Assembly: GCA_025361065.1 (NCBI GenBank)
Contig: JANYAY010000147.1
Coordinates: 2,166 to 66,165, forward strand
Source: Deltaproteobacteria bacterium
GTDB lineage: Bacteria; Desulfobacterota; Syntrophia; Syntrophales; Smithellaceae
Length of the DNA: 64,000 bases
Direction: 5' to 3'
Both the position numbers and the translations under genes were made by a program. Positions 47,982 to 57,402 of the stretch are shown here, piece after piece (positions within the stretch are counted from its first letter, which is position 1; each line of letters opens with the position of its first letter). The notes below the pieces were generated by a model. The model saw only the letters and a program-made list of their open reading frames with translations. It searched no databases and was not told where the DNA came from.

Positions 47982-49106
47982 TCAGGATATGGTTTCCAAA
48001 AACGCTTCAATGCGTGTCTTGAGTTGCCCCTGGGCCTGCGGCTGATCCTCTACTTCCAGAAGCAGGCTGGGGATAGAAGCCCGAGCCAGCGCCTCTTTCA
48101 AGTCCGGATAATCGAAAGCATGCGGATCGCAGAATTTCAGCAGCAGGAAAATAACTCCGGCGGCTTTGCCGTCCTTAGCTATTTTGATAAGATTTTCCGC
48201 CCGGGCATTTTTATCCATGTGTTTGGCCGGACAGACCGGCCGCTGCACATATCGTTCGGCGATAGCGGCAATAGGATCACCTTCGGCATTTATTATGCCC
48301 GCAAAATATCGGGATCCGGTGCAGAGATCATCGCCGACGACCACTCCGCCCGCATCTTCGATTACGGAATAAATGTCCGGCTGGCTGCAGATGCCTCCCG
48401 CCAGCACCAGGCGCTTTGCCCCGGGGGCTTTCGCTGCGCCACTTTTCTTCTCCAGTTCGGCAATTACATTTTGCAGAATCTTCAAATAGTCGTTTCTTTC
48501 CATGATCATGGCAGCTCGAACCAGCACAGAGAGATCCTTGCCGCTGATTACTTCCGGATTTATATTTTTTAATTCGTAAACTTTTTCCAATCCGCTGCGG
48601 ATTTCATTGAAAAGGGAAATAGATTTTTTGATGCTGTCATCGGTAATCCTTACCTGCAGTGCCTTTTCCAGATCGTTACGGAAGAGGTTTTGCACATCGA
48701 TCATGTAATCGCGGGCGCTTTTTGTATTGAGCTTCACCGGCAAGACGACATCCAGATGGAAACCGAATGAAATGTTGAGCCGCCAGATATCGGATAGTCT
48801 TTGGATGGTATCGCAGGTATGGGGGAAGATCATGCCATCGAGAAAATTTAAATCCCCGGCGAGCGCATCCTCCAGAACGCCGCGCACCAGCGAACAGCAA
48901 TATGCCTGCAAATGGCCGTCAGCCAGAAATATGTTTTTGTTGGAGCCAAACAGCCGCAGCGGATGAGCGCCGGCGGCCTGGATAATTTCTTCCGGCGCGT
49001 AAGTGCACATATAGCCGATAATTTTTTTGCCGGTTTGTTCTTTGAGCCTCCGGGCATAAGTAAGCGGATCGCCAACAACGTCATAGAGTTCATTTATTGC
49101 TTGCAT
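47982..49106 (-). CDS. 2-hydroxyacyl-CoA dehydratase-family subunit (HgdB/BcrB-like)
   Basis: 374 aa with segments IGYMCTYAPEEII and CCSLVR. Confidence 0.8.
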   Translation of the reverse strand: MQAINELYDVVGDPLTYARRLKEQTGKKIIGYMCTYAPEEIIQAAGAHPLRLFGSNKNIFLADGHLQAYCCSLVRGVLEDALAGDLNFLDGMIFPHTCDTIQRLSDIWRLNISFGFHLDVVLPVKLNTKSARDYMIDVQNLFRNDLEKALQVRITDDSIKKSISLFNEIRSGLEKVYELKNINPEVISGKDLSVLVRAAMIMERNDYLKILQNVIAELEKKSGAAKAPGAKRLVLAGGICSQPDIYSVIEDAGGVVVGDDLCTGSRYFAGIINAEGDPIAAIAERYVQRPVCPAKHMDKNARAENLIKIAKDGKAAGVIFLLLKFCDPHAFDYPDLKEALARASIPSLLLEVEDQPQAQGQLKTRIEAFLETIS

Positions 49107-49144
49107 TAATCATATCTCCTTAACCAGAATCATTTTTCTTAGGC

Positions 49145-50851
49145 TTATTTGCCGGTGGCCTCACACTTCGCGATCTCTTCTTTCTCCAGCACATTGAACG
49201 CAACTTTGCCGACCAGCGTTTTGGGCAGATCATTGCGAAACTCTATAGATCGGGGACAGCTCCACTTAATCAATTGATCCCGGCAATAGTTAATCAATTC
49301 CTTCTCCGTTTCCGGACTCGCGTCCGCCGGATTCTTGAGGACAACAAACGCTTTTACCGCCTGCACCTGGGCTTCATCGGGAACGCCGATCACGCAGGCA
49401 TCCCGCACTTTCGGGTGCTTGTAGAGTAATTCTTCCACCTGGGCGGGATAGACATTCATACCGGACGATTTGATCATCCGCTTCTGCCGCAATTTGAAAT
49501 AAAAGTAGCCGTCTTGATCCATCGTGCCGACATCTCCGGTGTGCAGCCATATTTTTCCGTCGGCATGTCGTTTGAGCGTATCGGCGGTTTCCTGCGGCGA
49601 ATCGAGATAACCCAGCATGACGGCCGGACCGGCAACACAGATTTCACCTTCTTCCCCAATTGCCGCTTCCTCAATCGTACCGAGCTTCACAATTTTAGCC
49701 AGCATATCCGGGAACGGAATGCCGACGCTCCCTTCCCGATAGCCGCCCAGCGGTGTCGCCATAATTGCCGTAACCGCTTCGGTGAGTCCGTATCCTTCCA
49801 GGAGCTGAATATTGCCGCCCTGCTTTTTAACCATGTTTTCAAACCGTTCTTTGACCGGCCGGGGCAAAGAATCGGCTCCGGAAAATGTTGCCCTCAGACA
49901 CGAAAGATCTGCCTTTTGCATCTTGGGATTGCGGCTCAAAGCATCAAACAGAGTGGGGACACCAATGACAAAGGACGGCTTTTGGGAACTGATAATATCG
50001 GCAACTGTTTCCGGTGTAAAGGTCGGCACCAGAATGCTTTTTCCTCCGCCCATGAAACAGGCATTGATGCAAACGCCCAGGCCGAAACCATGAAAGATCG
50101 GCAGAATCGCCAGGATGGAATCCGCGTCCGAGAGCTTCCCCCATTCCGATACCTGTTTGCCTTCGCTGATAAAATTCATGTTGGAGAGCATGATACCCTT
50201 GGGCACACCCGTTGTTCCGCCGCTGTAGAGAATAACCGCCAGGTCGTCCGTATCCATTTTGACCTCAGGCGCCTCTGCGTATGTTCCCCGCATCAGATCA
50301 GCCCACCAGCGCACCAGCGGATCATGCGGCACCTTGGGAATAAGCCGGCCTTTGGTCAGGTTGAAACCAATTCGCTTGAAGAGATTCAAATAATCAGGAA
50401 TACGCGCCAGAATCAATGTTTTAAGCGGTGTTGAAGATTGAACTTCCTTGAATTTGCTGTAGAAGGCATCGAGCGTCAGGGCAAAGCGGCTTTTCGCCAC
50501 GTTGAGATAAAATTCGATTTCTTTGGCTGTGGACAAGGGATGAATCATGCTGCTCACGGCCCCGAGTTTATTGGCGGCGTAAAAACAGATTATCCCCTGC
50601 GGCGATGTGGGCATCGAGATCGTGATGCGATCACCTTTTCCCAGGCCCAGAGCCGCGAGGGCATTGGCGCAGCGGTCAATCTCCGTCATAAACTGGCAGT
50701 AGCTCGATGTATACCCGAGAAAATCATAGGCAAGAGAATCGGGTTTCTCCTGCGCCGTTTGCGCCAGCGCTTCGTACATGGTAACGCGGGGATAATTAAT
50801 TGTATGGGGCACGTTGCCATAATGTTTTAACCACGGCTTTTGCTCGTACAT
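49145..50851 (-). CDS. AMP-dependent acyl-CoA synthetase/ligase
   Basis: AMP-binding motif YSGGTTGVPKG and N-terminus KPWLKHY. Confidence 0.9.
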   Translation of the reverse strand: MYEQKPWLKHYGNVPHTINYPRVTMYEALAQTAQEKPDSLAYDFLGYTSSYCQFMTEIDRCANALAALGLGKGDRITISMPTSPQGIICFYAANKLGAVSSMIHPLSTAKEIEFYLNVAKSRFALTLDAFYSKFKEVQSSTPLKTLILARIPDYLNLFKRIGFNLTKGRLIPKVPHDPLVRWWADLMRGTYAEAPEVKMDTDDLAVILYSGGTTGVPKGIMLSNMNFISEGKQVSEWGKLSDADSILAILPIFHGFGLGVCINACFMGGGKSILVPTFTPETVADIISSQKPSFVIGVPTLFDALSRNPKMQKADLSCLRATFSGADSLPRPVKERFENMVKKQGGNIQLLEGYGLTEAVTAIMATPLGGYREGSVGIPFPDMLAKIVKLGTIEEAAIGEEGEICVAGPAVMLGYLDSPQETADTLKRHADGKIWLHTGDVGTMDQDGYFYFKLRQKRMIKSSGMNVYPAQVEELLYKHPKVRDACVIGVPDEAQVQAVKAFVVLKNPADASPETEKELINYCRDQLIKWSCPRSIEFRNDLPKTLVGKVAFNVLEKEEIAKCEATGK

Positions 50852-51185
50852 ACCATAACCTCCTTATTCCGATTTTAAATCAAAGCGTTATCTTTGCCGG
50901 CGGAGCATGTCTGCCATATGGAGCATAATCGTTAAAGGTACTATTAATGTAAGCCTGCTGTCAGGAACGACTGATTTTCACTAAACCTATAATACAACAT
51001 GCTCTTCTTTTAAAGGATTATTTATCAGAGAGTCTCCTTCTTAAAAACAGCGCCCTTTCCGACAATATCTCCGTAAATATGCCGCCTATCCCCATTATAA
51101 CTATCAATTATCTTGCCAACTCGACAAATTTCCGACATCTGCACCACACATCTTTATGTAAGAAATTGATTATAATTTATTCCAG

Positions 51186-52010
51186 TTAACGATAGTCGAT
51201 CAAAGCTTCAATTCGGCCTTTGAGTTCTGTAACAGCCGCCTGTAAATCGTCCACCGCAGCAGACACTGCCTTGTTGGGACAGGCCGTGATGCATAATCCG
51301 CATCCTTTGCACAAACCGTTATCCCGAATGATCTTTCCCGCAGACATGGTCAAGGCACCCATGAAACAGGATTCGGTGCAGACGCCGCACATCTTGCACT
51401 GCGCAACATCAATAATGATGGTAAGCCCCTTGAGCTTCACAATCCCTTCCTGAGATGCCTGCGGCATATAGCGTATGGCATTCATGATGATACAGCAACA
51501 GGAGCAACAGAAACATACCGTTAGAAGCTTGCCGCGATCTTTTACACCCCAAAGCAAATTATCGGCCCTGAAGCGGCCAACGAAGGGGATGAGACCGTTG
51601 TCTATACTTTGTCGAACATGTGACAAAGCTTCTTCAACATTTACGTGCCGTCCGACTGCGGGATCAACTTCCCGGGCTCCCTCACCCAGCAAGAGACAGG
51701 CGAGCCCTATCGGATGATGGCAACACTGGTTCCCATCCCTGCAGGTACAACGGCGTATGATCACCCGGTGAGCGGATGATCGCACGATCTCTTCGAGGAC
51801 AAGTTGCGGTACCATTGTGCTGCCGGCACCTTCAACCAGTTCATTGACAGGAAGATATGTAATATGGAAATTTTCTCCGCTCAACAATGGGACAGATATC
51901 CGGGATGCCAATTTTCCCGCATATGTTGTCCGCGTACCCTGCAGTATTCTCCGTATTAATGGAAAAAATAAGGCCTGTATCAACATCCATACACGCGGTC
52001 GTCTTGACAT
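51186..52010 (-). CDS. cysteine-rich Fe-S protein with a C-terminal 2x[4Fe-4S] ferredoxin domain
   Basis: Ferredoxin motifs CKMCGVCTESC and CKGCGLCITACP, plus the unusual clusters RRCTCRDGNQCCHH and CFCCSCCC. Confidence 0.65.
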   Translation of the reverse strand: MSRRPRVWMLIQALFFPLIRRILQGTRTTYAGKLASRISVPLLSGENFHITYLPVNELVEGAGSTMVPQLVLEEIVRSSAHRVIIRRCTCRDGNQCCHHPIGLACLLLGEGAREVDPAVGRHVNVEEALSHVRQSIDNGLIPFVGRFRADNLLWGVKDRGKLLTVCFCCSCCCIIMNAIRYMPQASQEGIVKLKGLTIIIDVAQCKMCGVCTESCFMGALTMSAGKIIRDNGLCKGCGLCITACPNKAVSAAVDDLQAAVTELKGRIEALIDYR

Positions 52011-52303
52011 GATCGCTCTCCCACTTGCAGTTGAAGTGAATCTGCATACAAATAGTGTAGTTTTTCTATAAATTACTATTGGATTTATTTTTATCTGATC
52101 ACAATTTTCAACATAAATCTACAATGGAAATGGAATATGTCTTCTAGATTTATAGCAGGAAGGAGTGACGCGGTCATGATTTTCCGGGGAAATAATTATA
52201 ATCAGGGAAGCAAATAATAGAAATAAAAGCCATGTCATTTGTTTTACCACAAATGATTTTTACTAAAAAATATTCCACACATTACGATTCGTAACGCAGC
52301 TTT

Positions 52304-55300
52304 TTACCGTTTGAGTTCATCCCGGATGGCCACGCCGATCTTTTCCATAACATAGGGTTTTTTGACGTAGGCGCCCGCTCCCAGCTTCTGGGCCTCACGA
52401 ACTCGATCGGTCTCCGAAAACCCGCTGACCAGGATAGCCTTCTGCTGCGGGTTGACCTCCAGAACCCTCCGGTAGGTCTCCAAACCATCGATACCCGGCG
52501 CCATGATCATGTCCAAAATAAGAATATCTGCATCATTACCCCTGAGATATTCCACGGCCTCCTCCCCGCCGGATACTGCCTGAACTTTATATCCCAGTTG
52601 TTTTAGCAATCCGGAGGCGACCTCTCTTTGTTCGGCAATGTCATCAACGACCAGAACCGATTCACCTTTGCCCATGTATCGTTCGACCGGCTCCTTTTGC
52701 TGCGGGGCGGTTAATTCCTCCCGTGTTACGGGAAAATAAAGCGTAAAAGTGTTTCCCTCTCCGACTTTCGTCTGCATATCAATATATCCATTGTGATCTT
52801 TCACCGTTCCCCAGACTATTGCCAATCCCAATCCGGTCCCGCTCCTGCCCATGGTCTTCTTCGTATAAAACGGCTCAAATATCTTCGCTCTATGCTCAGC
52901 AGGGATGCCCATCCCATTATCAGATACGGTCAGAACAGCGTAATCCCCCTCCCTGACTTCATCATAGCCCCGAATGGTTTTGTCCAGATAGCGGCTCTCC
53001 GTTCGTATCGTCACCTCTCCCTTTCCGGAAATAGATTCCGCCGCATTGGACACCAGGTTCATCAACGTTTTTTCCAGATGAACAGGGGAGCCTTTGATGT
53101 TCAGCAGATTATTGTCGAATTCTGTGCTGAAGGTCACACGGGGATGATAGTCCTTCATATTCTCAAATACCGGTGTCTTAAGAAAATCGAAGACAACGCT
53201 GTTGAGATTGATCACCTCTGATACCGTCACCCCTCGCCTGGCCAATGTGAGGAGGTCCTGAATGATTGCGGCTCCCTTCTCTGTGGACTGCAAAATCTTT
53301 TCCACGTGACCTCGGGACCGACTCCCTTCAGGAATTTCCATCAGCAATAGTTCCGAGTACCCGCTAAGTATCCCCAGAACATTGTTCAGATCATGCGCCA
53401 CGCCGCCGGCCAGTTGCCCGAGAGCCTCCATCTTCTGGGCTCGGATCAATTGCGCCTGAAGAGATTCCTTTTCCGTCTCGGCGGCTTTCCGGTTCGTAAC
53501 GTCATATTGGGTGAAAATAGTGGCCGGTTTGCCGTTGTAATCGATAACAGCCGCCCCGACATCCGCCCATTTGATGCTGCCGTCTTTGGTCAGAACTTGT
53601 ATTTCATAATGATCGGGAACCGTTTTTCCTGCCAGGCGATCCATGGCCCGCCGGCGGATAAGTTCCCGCGACTCCGGAGTTACAAAATCCAACATGGGTT
53701 TGGAGAGGTACTCCGCTTCGCTATATCCTGACATTTTCAGGACCGTAGGATTGCCATAGAGGAATCGTTGTCCGTCGGTAATCGAAATTCCGACGGTGGA
53801 TGCCTCGGTCAGTTTTCTGAATTTATTCTCGCTTTCCCGCAGCGCTTCTTCCGCCTGCTTGCGTTCGGTGATGTCGCGGGCAGTCATGACAAAACCTGCA
53901 ATAGCAGGATCATCAAGGAGGTTCGTACCTAGACCCTCCATAAAAAGCTCGGCACCATTCTTATGTCGGACACGGAAGCTGTTGGGAATATTGATATTCT
54001 TTGTCTGTAATGCCCGGCCGAATTCCTCGATGAGTTTGGGAAGATCCTCCGGCATAACAAAATCGAGAATGCTCTTCCCGATCACTTCATTCGGACGATA
54101 ACCGGTGATCATTTCAATAGATGGACTCGTATAGGTTAAGGTTCCCCCGGCATCCGCAATCAAGAGAAGATCGGAAGAATTCTCGGTGATCGCCCGGAAA
54201 TACGCTTCACTCTTTCTGAGTGCTTCCTCCGTCCGCTTGCGTTCAGTGATATCCCTGACTACACTAATGAATGCCCTTGGTTCACCAGTTGCCGTCCTCA
54301 CTATCGAAGAGTGCATCTCAGCAGCAATTATCCTCCCTCCCCGGACTCTTACCAGGTATTCGTTTTTTTGCGGGATACCTGCAGCGAGAGTAAGGCGGAA
54401 GCTGGCTTCAGCGTAAGCCTTGCCATCATCGGTGAGAAGATCAAAGACGGTCTTTACTTCTCTCAGAAAAACAGCGGCACTTGATACACCGTAAGTCCTG
54501 GCAGCTTGTTTGTTGGCAGTAAGCAGCTCCCCTCTCAAACTATACATAATGATTGGATCAGGAGATGTTTCGATTAGGGTGCGGTATAGCTCCTCGCTTT
54601 CCCGCAGTGCTTCCTCTGTCTGCTTGCGGCCGGTTATATCGCGGGCCACTGCCTGAAATCCTTTTACATGTCCATCTTCCACAATTAACTGAGTATTTTG
54701 TCCAATCCAGAACTCTTGGCCCTCTTTCGAGATAAGGGGATATTCTGAATATGTATTTTGAATCCCCTTTGCGAACTGGCGACCGAAGAACCTGATGGCT
54801 TCTTCACGCATGTCCGGGCGGACAAAAAATGTATAATGCTTTCCAATAACCTCCTCTTCTTTATATCCGACATGCTGGAGCACCGCCTGATTTACGAAGG
54901 TGAAGTGTCCAGTGCTGTCCGTCCTGTAAACAATATCACTCGCATTTTCCACCAATGTCCGATAACGGTCTTCACTCTCCCGAAGCATCGCCTCCATCTG
55001 CCGGCGCTCAGTAATGTCGGTAAGGATCAATGTAAGTCCTATGATATTGCCATTTCCGTCAATTATCGGATTGTAGATGTCCTCATAGTATCTGCGCTGT
55101 AGCGCTGTGTCCCCGTAGTCCTCAGCCAACTTAAAAGATTCACCCGACAGGGCACGATCAAAGTTGTTTTTTGCCTTTATAATATCTGCGGGGTTTTTAA
55201 TATATTCAAGCATGCTGTTGCCCAGAGCAATATCCACGCCCCAGATTATTTTCATAGTCCGATGGTGGTTTTCATTGAAAGCAATATATCGATACTGTCG

Positions 55301-55579
55301 GTCAAGGGCAAAAATTATAACTTCTTGGGAGCTTTCAACCACGCTTTTCAAAAGGGCATATGATTTCTGTAACGCCTCCTCAGCCCGTTTCCCTTCTGAT
55401 TCCGATTGTTCCAGATCTGCGATCCTCTGTCTTAGAGAAAGCAGTTCCTGTATCAAAGCCTGTTTTGTCTTGGATTGATCTTTCACTAGTTTATTCCCTG
55501 AGTGTTGATTTACTTTGTAATTTTGAAAATATTGCGAACGAACGGCTATGGACACTTGAGAGTTGTCATTCAATGCCAT
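52304..55579 (-). CDS. hybrid sensor histidine kinase/response regulator with five PAS domains
   Basis: Five PAS units, each ending in a D[IV]T.R[KR] linker. H-box GGVAHDLNN, a HATPase domain, and a C-terminal REC domain (VLVVDD...LILDMIMPG-like). Confidence 0.9.
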   Translation of the reverse strand: MALNDNSQVSIAVRSQYFQNYKVNQHSGNKLVKDQSKTKQALIQELLSLRQRIADLEQSESEGKRAEEALQKSYALLKSVVESSQEVIIFALDRQYRYIAFNENHHRTMKIIWGVDIALGNSMLEYIKNPADIIKAKNNFDRALSGESFKLAEDYGDTALQRRYYEDIYNPIIDGNGNIIGLTLILTDITERRQMEAMLRESEDRYRTLVENASDIVYRTDSTGHFTFVNQAVLQHVGYKEEEVIGKHYTFFVRPDMREEAIRFFGRQFAKGIQNTYSEYPLISKEGQEFWIGQNTQLIVEDGHVKGFQAVARDITGRKQTEEALRESEELYRTLIETSPDPIIMYSLRGELLTANKQAARTYGVSSAAVFLREVKTVFDLLTDDGKAYAEASFRLTLAAGIPQKNEYLVRVRGGRIIAAEMHSSIVRTATGEPRAFISVVRDITERKRTEEALRKSEAYFRAITENSSDLLLIADAGGTLTYTSPSIEMITGYRPNEVIGKSILDFVMPEDLPKLIEEFGRALQTKNINIPNSFRVRHKNGAELFMEGLGTNLLDDPAIAGFVMTARDITERKQAEEALRESENKFRKLTEASTVGISITDGQRFLYGNPTVLKMSGYSEAEYLSKPMLDFVTPESRELIRRRAMDRLAGKTVPDHYEIQVLTKDGSIKWADVGAAVIDYNGKPATIFTQYDVTNRKAAETEKESLQAQLIRAQKMEALGQLAGGVAHDLNNVLGILSGYSELLLMEIPEGSRSRGHVEKILQSTEKGAAIIQDLLTLARRGVTVSEVINLNSVVFDFLKTPVFENMKDYHPRVTFSTEFDNNLLNIKGSPVHLEKTLMNLVSNAAESISGKGEVTIRTESRYLDKTIRGYDEVREGDYAVLTVSDNGMGIPAEHRAKIFEPFYTKKTMGRSGTGLGLAIVWGTVKDHNGYIDMQTKVGEGNTFTLYFPVTREELTAPQQKEPVERYMGKGESVLVVDDIAEQREVASGLLKQLGYKVQAVSGGEEAVEYLRGNDADILILDMIMAPGIDGLETYRRVLEVNPQQKAILVSGFSETDRVREAQKLGAGAYVKKPYVMEKIGVAIRDELKR

Positions 55580-55790
55580 ACATATTTCTATAGCGGAATA
55601 AATATTAAATTGGATTTTGTGTCAAATGGAATTATTTCTTATCAAAGCAGATTAATATTTAAAGTATTTAACTGTTAAACACGACTTGTGATTGTGGATA
55701 ATAGGAAGCTATACGTAAAATAAAGTCTACTGCTTATTTTCCCCAGAATTACCTTATTCTCCAATAATAAGTTATAAACTAATAATGCCA

Positions 55791-56915
55791 TTACACCGCT
55801 TTTTTATTTTCAATATTCTTCACATGAGGATATTTTTCTACAAATATATTATATTCTAAAGATATACGGGGGTCATGGGGCTCATTTTTAATGAGCATTG
55901 TGAGAGTCTCAAATGCCTTGTCTATGTGGTTTCTCTTGAGATGTATTTTAAACATTCCCAGGTAGGCGTATTTGTCGTAACCCATCGCAACAGTTTTCTG
56001 ATAGCTTATTTCCGCGTTTTCCAGATCATTCATACTCATATAGGAATCGCCTATTCTGGTCATGGCGCTTATCCGGTTCATACCGTATTTTAATGCATTC
56101 TTCCATGCATTGATGGCAGCTTCATGGTTTCTCATCCCCCTGAGGCAATCTGCTTTTCCATTCCATGCGTGAGAATTTTTCGGGTCTTTAGAAAGCGCTG
56201 TATCGTAAAGTTTAATGGCTTTCTCGTAAGAACTTGTTTTCCTGTAAATATTGGCGGCTGAGGTGATGGCGAAAATTGAACAATCAGTGGAGGAAATTAG
56301 TTTTTCAAAATAAAAAAGTGCTTCTGCGTCATTCCCCAGTTTTTCGCAAACATCTCCCAGACCCATAAGTGCAAAAGGATCTTTAGGATGAAGTTCTATG
56401 GCAATCTGATAGTATTTTTTTGAGCCTGGAAGGTCATCTTTTTTTCTAAGTACATCCCCAACTCTGGTAATTATTTTGTAATCACCAGAGTTGTAAGACA
56501 GATATTTAAGCCAGACTTCAAGGGCACTGTCCATGTCATTCAGACCGCGGTATGAGTCTCCAACACCTGCCAGGGCATAGAGATTAGTGTCTTCAAGTTC
56601 AAGGCAGCGTTGATAGTAAAGCAGAGATTCTTTAAAACGTTTTATCTTGCATTTGAGATTGCCGAGTCCTACAAGGGCATACACATTGTCCGGATCCAGT
56701 TCAAGAACCTCAAGATATTTAGCCTCAGCTTCGGTGAACTTCCTTTCTTTCCTCAGCTTGTGGGCAACCTTTACCAGATTGATTACTTCTTTATTGTATT
56801 TAGAATTAGTCATAATAATTTTGATAAGAACTTTCTTTTTGTGATGGGAAGTATAGGAAAGACGCCATCGTATGTCAATGATAAACTGGCCATGATATTT
56901 GGGTTGTAATGTCAT
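55791..56915 (-). CDS. TPR-repeat protein
   Basis: Repeated 34-aa A/Y/L patterns. The start is uncertain (alternative ATG at 56813) and there is no clear RBS. Confidence 0.7.
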   Translation of the reverse strand: MTLQPKYHGQFIIDIRWRLSYTSHHKKKVLIKIIMTNSKYNKEVINLVKVAHKLRKERKFTEAEAKYLEVLELDPDNVYALVGLGNLKCKIKRFKESLLYYQRCLELEDTNLYALAGVGDSYRGLNDMDSALEVWLKYLSYNSGDYKIITRVGDVLRKKDDLPGSKKYYQIAIELHPKDPFALMGLGDVCEKLGNDAEALFYFEKLISSTDCSIFAITSAANIYRKTSSYEKAIKLYDTALSKDPKNSHAWNGKADCLRGMRNHEAAINAWKNALKYGMNRISAMTRIGDSYMSMNDLENAEISYQKTVAMGYDKYAYLGMFKIHLKRNHIDKAFETLTMLIKNEPHDPRISLEYNIFVEKYPHVKNIENKKAV

Positions 56916-57063
56916 TTTTGGGGGAAGAGGTACGAAGAATCATCTCCGGATTGCGGACAATCGTGGACATTATCTTCCGCCCTTCATTTGCGGCTGAGTC
57001 AACAACGAAAACGACCTTGTTGACTCAGCCCACCGGATATTTCTTCTGAGCACCATTTAACAC

Positions 57064-57384
57064 TTAAGTTGTAAAGGCTTCTTCCGGGATGTCGAGCATG
57101 GAGAGGTCCTCGCTCTTAATGGCCTTCATCGCGGCGCCGACCTCCGGAAGGATGTGTTTGATAAAATACCTAGATGATGCAATTTTCCCTGTGTAGAAAG
57201 CGGCATCGGAGTTCTCTGAGGAAAGTGTTTTCAGAGCGGCTTTGTCTTCCGTATCGACTCCCTTTTGCAGGCAAATCTTCTGCAGGGCCTCCTTGGCAAC
57301 GCGGGCCTCCCAGAGAAGCAGCCATCCGAAGACAACTTTTCCCATCATCGTGAGAAACGTATAAGCGTTAGATACGGGAATCAT
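57064..57384 (-). CDS. C-terminal domain of a long acyl-CoA dehydrogenase (downstream of an in-frame TGA)
   Basis: Same frame as 57403-58929, separated only by a TGA and 6 sense codons. The sequence resembles the extra C-terminal helical domain of ~600-aa ACADs. Confidence 0.65.
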   Translation of the reverse strand: MIPVSNAYTFLTMMGKVVFGWLLLWEARVAKEALQKICLQKGVDTEDKAALKTLSSENSDAAFYTGKIASSRYFIKHILPEVGAAMKAIKSEDLSMLDIPEEAFTT

Positions 57385-57402
57385 GAATTTCCCGCCCGCG
57401 GC

